64,000 nt of DNA, taken from the NCBI GenBank assembly GCA_963813715.1, contig CAWFAK010000007.1:800001-864000 (forward strand). The letters run 5' to 3'. Numbering within the stretch: position 1 is the stretch's first letter; each line of letters opens with the position of its first letter. The notes under the pieces are model-generated. The model was not told the DNA's origin. It worked only from the letters and a program-made list of their open reading frames with translations, and searched no databases. The position numbers and the translations under genes are program-made. The DNA is from an uncultured Planctomycetaceae bacterium (lineage in GTDB: Bacteria; Planctomycetota; Planctomycetia; Planctomycetales; Planctomycetaceae). Below are positions 58,111-64,000 of this stretch, one piece after another.

Positions 58111-59379
58111 GTGAACGCGGCCAAGACGAGTTCTGCTGACCTAGTACTTTCAAACCTCGACCATTTGCTCCCGGACCTAGAATCGCTTTACACCGATGTC
58201 CACGCGCACCCCGAGTTGTCGATGCAGGAAACTCGGACGGCCGGCCTGGCAGCGGACCGGCTCCGCAGCGCCGGCTACGAGGTGACGACGGGGGTCGGGA
58301 AGACCGGCGTCGTCGGGCTGCTCCGCAACGGCGATGGGCCGACCGTCATGCTGCGCGCTGACATGGACGCCCTGCCGGTCGAGGAGGCGACCGGCCTGCC
58401 CTACGCCAGTAAAGTCAAAGCCACGGACCGTGAAGGGAAGACGGTGCCGGTGATGCACGCATGCGGCCACGACATGCATGTCGCCTGGCTCACGGGCGCG
58501 ACCACGCTGCTGGCGCAGGCCCGCGGGGCGTGGCGGGGAACGCTGATGGCTGTCTTTCAGCCGGCGGAGGAGACGGCGGAAGGTGCGCAGGCCATGATCA
58601 ATGATGGGCTGTTCGACCGCTTCCCCCAACCCAGTGTGGTCCTCGGCCAGCACGTCATGGTTGGGGCGGCTGGTGTCATCGCCGGGCGCGCCGGCGTCAT
58701 CACCTCGGCCGCGGACAGCTTGCAGATCCGGCTGTTCGGGCGCGGCGGACACGGCTCGATGCCCCAGGCCTGCGTCGATCCCGTCGTCATGGCGGCGGCG
58801 ACAGTGTTGCGGCTGCAAACCATCGTCTCGCGCGAACTCGCCGCCACCGAAGCCGCCGTGGTCACCGTTGGCTCGCTGCAGGCCGGCACAAAGGAGAACG
58901 TCATCCCAGACGAGGCCGTCATCAAGCTGAACGTACGCACCTTCGACGGCGGCGTACGCAAGCGCGTCCTCGCCGCGGTCAGGCGGATCGTCAACGCGGA
59001 GGCGGCGGCCTCGGGGGCGCCCAAGCCCCCGGAAATCACTCCGCTTGACAGTTACGCCCTGGTGGAGAACGACTCTGCGGCGAGCAATCGCGTCGCCGAC
59101 GCGTTCCGACAATACTTCCCATCCGAGCGGGTCCGGGAGACCGGGCCGTCGCCCGCGAGCGAGGACTTCGGGTGTTTTGGCGCCGAGTGGCACGTCCCGT
59201 CGGTGTTCTGGTTCGTCGGTGGCACGGACCCTGATGTCTATGCGAAAGCCAAAGAGGCGGGCCGGCTCAACGACCTGCCGACCAACCACAACCCGCATTT
59301 CGCACCGGTGATTCATCCGACCCTGGAAACGGGAGTGGAAACGCTGGTTGTCGCTGCGCGGGCCTGGCTGTCGGCGTAG
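58111..59379 (+). CDS. M20D amidohydrolase (hippurate hydrolase-like)
   Basis: HAHPELSMQE, LRADMDALP, MHACGHDMH, FQPAEE, GRGGHGSMP, SEDFG; RBS aaggag. Confidence 0.92.
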   Translation: MNAAKTSSADLVLSNLDHLLPDLESLYTDVHAHPELSMQETRTAGLAADRLRSAGYEVTTGVGKTGVVGLLRNGDGPTVMLRADMDALPVEEATGLPYASKVKATDREGKTVPVMHACGHDMHVAWLTGATTLLAQARGAWRGTLMAVFQPAEETAEGAQAMINDGLFDRFPQPSVVLGQHVMVGAAGVIAGRAGVITSAADSLQIRLFGRGGHGSMPQACVDPVVMAAATVLRLQTIVSRELAATEAAVVTVGSLQAGTKENVIPDEAVIKLNVRTFDGGVRKRVLAAVRRIVNAEAAASGAPKPPEITPLDSYALVENDSAASNRVADAFRQYFPSERVRETGPSPASEDFGCFGAEWHVPSVFWFVGGTDPDVYAKAKEAGRLNDLPTNHNPHFAPVIHPTLETGVETLVVAARAWLSA

Positions 59380-59389
59380 GACACTCACG

Positions 59390-60050
59390 ATGCAGACGCT
59401 CCTGGCACTCGACCTTGCCGGCACCTTCGTCTTCGCGATAAGCGGGGCGATGGCGGGCGTGAAGCACCGGCTCGACCTCTTCGGCGTGCTAGTTCTGTCG
59501 TTTGTGGCAGCCAATACCGGCGGGATCGCCCGCGATGTTCTAATCGGGGCTGTGCCGCCACCAGCGCTCAGCAACTGGCGCTATGTGGCTGTGTCGCTCC
59601 TGGCCGGCGTCGTCACCTTTTTCTGTTATGGCACCGTTGATCGGTTGCACAGCCCCGTACTCATGTTCGACGCCGCCGGGCTGGCACTCTTTGCCGTCGC
59701 CGGCGCGCAGAAGGCCGTCGCGTTAGGGTTGGGCCCGGTCCCGGCGGCACTGCTCGGCATGCTGACCGGGATCGGCGGCGTGCATGGCGCGCGACGTGAT
59801 GCTGGCGGAGATCCCCACGGTGCTGCGCGCCGACTTGTACGCCGTCGCCGCCCTGGCCGGCGCGGCGGTGGTGGTGATCGCCGACCTGCTCCAACTCCCG
59901 TTCACCGCGGCGATGGTCGTGGGCGCGGCGCTCTGCTTCGGGATCCGCTTTCTCGCGATCCGCCGCGGCTGGCGGCTCCCCGTCGCCCGCCCGCCCGAGA
60001 GGACGGACGGCTCGAACGAACGACAGGACAGCACCGCGAAGGGGCCTTGA
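59390..60050 (+). CDS. TRIC / UPF0126 membrane protein, one frameshift
   Basis: DLAGTFVFAISGA, GGIARDVL, DAAGLALF, ARDVML.EIP.VL. Confidence 0.88.
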
Positions 60051-60199
60051 AGGTGAGGTTCGTGAGTACGCGATTGGTTCGGCCAAATGGAGACTGGGTC
60101 GGTAGAGCGGTGGGTCGCGAGTTCGGCAATCAGCATCAAGAGTGTGCGATCCGGTCATTCTCTGCGCAACAAGCGAATTTCGTCGTCACTCCTGCCGCT

Positions 60200-60400
60200 T
60201 TCCCGTAATCTCAAACCTTTTCCGGGACACGAAAAAAAAAGGACCGATAAGTGCCGCCTCGACCAGAAACCCATACCTTTTTCGGCAGGTGATTCTGCGT
60301 ACCGGATTGCCATACGTTTTGTGGGAATCGAGCCTCGAATGGCGAGGGGCGGGCGAAGGCCCGGAATTCTGGGACGTAAATCGAACGTTTTTCCGGAACG
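60200..60400 (+). repeat. res-like module-boundary site, full copy A5
   Basis: aatctcaaaccttttccggg, gaccgataagtgccgcc, gaaacccataccttttt, attgccatacgtttt, aaatcgaacgttttt; spacings 30/39/71. Confidence 0.85.
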
Positions 60401-60554
60401 CGTCCAATCCAGCGGCCTTGACTCGTTGCAAGTGGTTTCATTCCGATATGTAAACCGTCCGGGCAACAGCGACGGTTCTGAGTGATGCACCCTTTCCTGA
60501 CGAGCAATCGACATCGGTCCGCATGGCCACCGCGCAGAACGCGCAGACCTTGTT

Positions 60555-61787
60555 TTACGCGGGCCGACGTGGATCACTTGCTGTGCTGTCTCTCTTGAGA
60601 GTCTCGGGCACTCTCGCGACGACCAGCGCCGTCGCCGCCGCTCCAACCCCGGCAAGCAGAGCGAACGTGCCGCGATAGCCCAGTGCGTCCACAACCAACC
60701 CCGTCGCCCCAGGACCGACCGCCGAGCCAAACACCAGCGCTGACCCGACCAGTCCTTGCGCCTCGCCCGACCGACCGGGGTCGGCGAGACGGTCGGTAAC
60801 CCAGGCAGCTGCGAGTACGGCAAAAAGCGCCTGGCCCAAACCGTCGAGCACCTGGATCGCCAGCGCTTGCCAGGTCGCCTGCGCCACCGCCAACAGCGCT
60901 AATCGGGCCGTCATGATCGTCCAGGCGGCGATCAGCAGCGGTCGCCGCCCGATCCGGTCCGAGAGTTTTCCAGCTCGCCGCACCGCCAGCCCCCAAGTAA
61001 TCATGCTGATCACAAAGGCCACGGGAAGCAGGCTGGCGGCAGTCCCCAGGTCCCGCTTCATGAACAGGCCGAGATAGACTCCGGCGGGCGCGTTACAAAA
61101 GTGGAACAGGACCATCGCCACCACAAAGACCAACAGCGTCGCGTCGCGCAGTCCTTTGCTGTTTGATGGTGGCACGACTTCAGTCGCGTCTTCGGAAACT
61201 TTTCCGGGCTCGCGTGTCGACTTCTGCAGCTCCCGATCCTCGCGGATCAGCAACGCCAGGACGACGGCCAGACCCTGCACGACCGCCAGCGGCCATAACA
61301 ATCCCGGAACGCCGAGTACGCCAGACAGGCCGATCAAAGCAAGTGCCACCGTAACGATGGCGGCCGGTCGCCAAACGCGGAGCGCACCCAGAGCGGCACC
61401 CACTTCGCTGGGCGCCGCCAGGTGTGTCGCCTCGGCTCCCGCAAGGCTTTCCACCGTGGCGCGGCACACTCCGTTTTCGGCAAAGAGCAGCACCAACAGG
61501 CCGACTAAAAGCATTCCATGCGTGATCGGCAGCAGGACCGTCGCGACTGCAAGCAGTCCCAGGAGAACCACCAGGAATGGCTTGCGACGCCCCAGCTTGT
61601 CGGACCAAAGGCTGATGGGAAACTGGGCCACGCCGGCGAGAGCTGCCAGCGCTGACACAAAGCTGATCGCCCGATCGGTAAAACCCTCGTCGCGCAGATA
61701 CAAAGGCAAGTACGGCAGCGTGAAGCCGATTCCCGCCATGCCGCAGAAATAGGCTCCATACAAACCGAGTTTATTGCGGCGATCCAT
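60555..61787 (-). CDS. MFS transporter
   Basis: Multiple TM segments; SDKLGRRKP and SDRIGRRP motifs. Confidence 0.9.
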   Translation of the reverse strand: MDRRNKLGLYGAYFCGMAGIGFTLPYLPLYLRDEGFTDRAISFVSALAALAGVAQFPISLWSDKLGRRKPFLVVLLGLLAVATVLLPITHGMLLVGLLVLLFAENGVCRATVESLAGAEATHLAAPSEVGAALGALRVWRPAAIVTVALALIGLSGVLGVPGLLWPLAVVQGLAVVLALLIREDRELQKSTREPGKVSEDATEVVPPSNSKGLRDATLLVFVVAMVLFHFCNAPAGVYLGLFMKRDLGTAASLLPVAFVISMITWGLAVRRAGKLSDRIGRRPLLIAAWTIMTARLALLAVAQATWQALAIQVLDGLGQALFAVLAAAWVTDRLADPGRSGEAQGLVGSALVFGSAVGPGATGLVVDALGYRGTFALLAGVGAAATALVVARVPETLKRDSTASDPRRPA

Positions 61788-61799
61788 CAGCTGCTCTTT

Positions 61800-63083
61800 T
61801 CAATAATGGACGAATTGCAGCCAGGCGATTCCCAGGATGAGCGTGAGGACCGTCAGCGGGATTCCGACTTTGCAATACTCCCTGAACGAGATCGCCACTC
61901 CCTGGCGGCCGGCGGTTTCCACGACGATCAGGTTGGCGACCGATCCGAGTACCGTGAGATTGCCGGCGAACGTGCTCGACATCGCCAACGCCAGCCACGC
62001 CGTCTCACGCGTGGCGGCGGGCACCGCTTGCGCGACGGGCTCCAGCAGCAACACCGCCGGCACGTTACTCACGAGGTTTGACAGCGCGGCCGACACCAGG
62101 CTGAGCAATACCGTTGGACGCTCCAACAGCCAGGTCCAGCCCTCGATGCCCCAGCCGTCAACGACGCGCACCTGGAAGGCATGCACCACGATGAACAGGC
62201 CCGTGAACATCGTCAGCAGGCTCCAATCGACCTCTCGGTAGATCCTTTGCGGCTTGATCCGGTCGAGCAGCACGACGGCGGCGCCGCCGAGGGCGACCAA
62301 CTCCAGCGGCAGGCCGGTGAAGAACAGTGCCACCGCCGCCAGCGTCACGGCGACCGCCTTGATTTGCAGCCGGGCATGACCGCGGCTGCGCGGCTTCCCC
62401 TCGCCGCTGCCCTCTTCGTCAGGCGTCTCGTCTTTGTCGGAACTTTCTTGCCCCTTGGGTGGCGTCAATCGGCCCAGATAGACTAGGCACACGACGAGAT
62501 AGGTGATGCCCAGCCCCAGCAGAGCGACCGGTAACAGGCGGGCAGCGAAGCGGGCGTAAGAAATGCCAGAATGCGCGCCGATGAAAATGTTCTGTGGATT
62601 GCCGGTTATCGTGCCGGTGGAGCCGACGTTGGCCGCGGTCGCGAGTCCGATCAGATGGGGAATCGGGTCGAACTTCATCCGCCGGGCCAGGTGCAGCACC
62701 AGCGGCGTCAGCGCCACGCAGACCACGTCGTTGATCAGGAACGCCGACAGCCCTCCGGAGAGCGCGATCGTCACCGCCAGCAGGCCATTCGGCGTTCTGA
62801 TGCGGCGCAAAGCCAAGCCGACAAGCAGCTCAAAGAAACCCGACAGCCGCAGCACGCCGACGACGATCATCATCCCGAAAAGCAGGAACAGCGTCTTGAA
62901 GTCGATCGAGTCGGGGCTGACGGCTTGATTCAGACTCAGCACGCCCGTGATCAGCATGAGCGTCGCGCCGACGAGCGCGATGCCGGCCCGGTCGATGCGC
63001 AGCCCCGGCACCTTGCCCAACGCCAAACCGGCATAGGTTGCGGCGAAGATAATCCATGTCAACCAGACGGTCCGGTCGTTCAC
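61800..63083 (-). CDS. ArsB/NhaD-superfamily anion transporter (YbiR-like)
   Basis: IDRAGIALVGA, SAFLINDVVC, NVGSTGTITGNPQN, SNLVSNVPA, AGNLTVLGSVAN. Confidence 0.88.
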   Translation of the reverse strand: MNDRTVWLTWIIFAATYAGLALGKVPGLRIDRAGIALVGATLMLITGVLSLNQAVSPDSIDFKTLFLLFGMMIVVGVLRLSGFFELLVGLALRRIRTPNGLLAVTIALSGGLSAFLINDVVCVALTPLVLHLARRMKFDPIPHLIGLATAANVGSTGTITGNPQNIFIGAHSGISYARFAARLLPVALLGLGITYLVVCLVYLGRLTPPKGQESSDKDETPDEEGSGEGKPRSRGHARLQIKAVAVTLAAVALFFTGLPLELVALGGAAVVLLDRIKPQRIYREVDWSLLTMFTGLFIVVHAFQVRVVDGWGIEGWTWLLERPTVLLSLVSAALSNLVSNVPAVLLLEPVAQAVPAATRETAWLALAMSSTFAGNLTVLGSVANLIVVETAGRQGVAISFREYCKVGIPLTVLTLILGIAWLQFVHY

Positions 63084-64000
63084 GCCATGTTTCCTTCCGC
63101 GGCTAACTTCTTCCCACTCACGTCACCTGTCTCCGGCATAAGGAAATAGAGGATCGCGAATGCAGCCGACGCGATCGTTGCGAGGAATAGGAAGCCGGCG
63201 CTGGATCCGAAGTGGTGAACGATGCCACCGGCGATCACCTGGCTGAGAGAAGCGCCGATGCCGACCGCAGTCGTGACTGCTCCGAGGGTGAGGTTAAACC
63301 GGCCCGTGCCGCGCGTCAGGTCGGCAATCACCAGCACCGAGACAACGCCGAAGATTCCGGCTCCAATGCCATCCAGGATTTGGATGGCAACAAGCAATGC
63401 CGTGCGATCCGTGAAGGTGTAAAGGATTCCCCGAATGGGCAGCACTCCGAATGCAAGTAGCAGCAGAGGTTTCCGCCCCCAGATCCCGGCCTTTCGGCCG
63501 GTCCATGAAGCGATCAGTGTGATGACGAGTTGCGTCGTCACCACACACGCCGACATAAACATCATCGAGCTTCGGCCTTGACCTTTGGCCAGCATCTCAC
63601 CCAGAAGGGGCAGCATCGCGGCATTGGCAAAGTGGAACATGACGGCGCAGATGAGGAAGATGATCAGCGGCCGGTCCTTGAGCAGTTCCCAAACTTTGGC
63701 CGGTTTGTTGTCGTCGTCGCCGTCCCTGGCGCCGCGGGCCAGTTCGTAATCGATCTCATCGGGTCGGATCAGAAGCAGCGTGAGGACCGTTGGAAGCGCA
63801 ATGACCGCGACAAAGAAGAAAATCCCGCGGTCTGACATCGTGTACCCGATTAGTCCCATTAACACCGCGGCGGTCACGTTGCCCGCAGAGTTGAACGTCT
63901 GATTTCGTCCCTGACGGGTGTCAAACAACTTACGTCCTACGATTCCCAGCGACATGGCGCAGATTGCTGGACCGAAGACACTCGACGTCACGCCAATCAA
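63080..64000 (-). CDS. MFS transporter, partial (start lies beyond the window)
   Basis: FHFANAAMLP, WGRKPLLL, DLTRGTGRFN; multiple TM segments. Confidence 0.85.
   Translation of the reverse strand: MIGVTSSVFGPAICAMSLGIVGRKLFDTRQGRNQTFNSAGNVTAAVLMGLIGYTMSDRGIFFFVAVIALPTVLTLLLIRPDEIDYELARGARDGDDDNKPAKVWELLKDRPLIIFLICAVMFHFANAAMLPLLGEMLAKGQGRSSMMFMSACVVTTQLVITLIASWTGRKAGIWGRKPLLLLAFGVLPIRGILYTFTDRTALLVAIQILDGIGAGIFGVVSVLVIADLTRGTGRFNLTLGAVTTAVGIGASLSQVIAGGIVHHFGSSAGFLFLATIASAAFAILYFLMPETGDVSGKKLAAEGNMA

Noticed and set aside
635..60050. Many frameshifts read as programmed frameshifting or mass pseudogenisation
   Set aside because: They also hit core genes, are single-base events and leave both halves intact, so sequencing or assembly indels explain them best
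15397..60400. The repeat family read as a CRISPR array or integron attC sites
   Set aside because: Copies are kilobases apart with no regular spacers, there are no cas genes or tyrosine integrase, and the units are multi-subsite rather than single attC hairpins
1..64000. tRNA, rRNA, reverse transcriptase/DGR, Tn3 transposase
   Set aside because: No recognisable signatures seen by eye; a covariance-model or HMM scan would be needed to exclude them fully

Overview
GC-rich bacterial DNA, most likely a planctomycete (TIGR02999-like ECF sigma next to a Ser/Thr kinase, an LEPR-XLL-like secreted protease, planctomycete-style REP palindromes). Many genes, including housekeeping ones, are broken by single-base frameshifts, which points to an error-prone assembly rather than true pseudogenes. 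Bases 1-10.4 kb are core chromosome: sugar ABC transporter, ROK kinase, apt, Ser/Thr kinase, CbiX, MarR, csrA, plsY, BON protein and M42 peptidase. An accessory island starts at the 3' end of the M42 gene (26-bp duplicated att-like core, SMI1/KNR4 gene, large serine recombinase) and runs past the window end. Its cargo includes an ECF/kinase/secreted-protein cluster, two RND efflux modules, a sigma54 two-component system, transporters and gene remnants. The main observation is a family of ten co-oriented, non-coding res/hix-like sites: five full or near-full (up to ~200 bp) and five partial. They keep fixed internal spacings (about 28, 38-39 and 71 bp) and sit between cargo modules. One copy is split around a Hin/Tn3-type small serine recombinase gene whose catalytic Ser codon reads Gly. 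I infer a possible resolvase-driven gene-module (cassette) accretion or shuffling system. This is inference from sequence alone.
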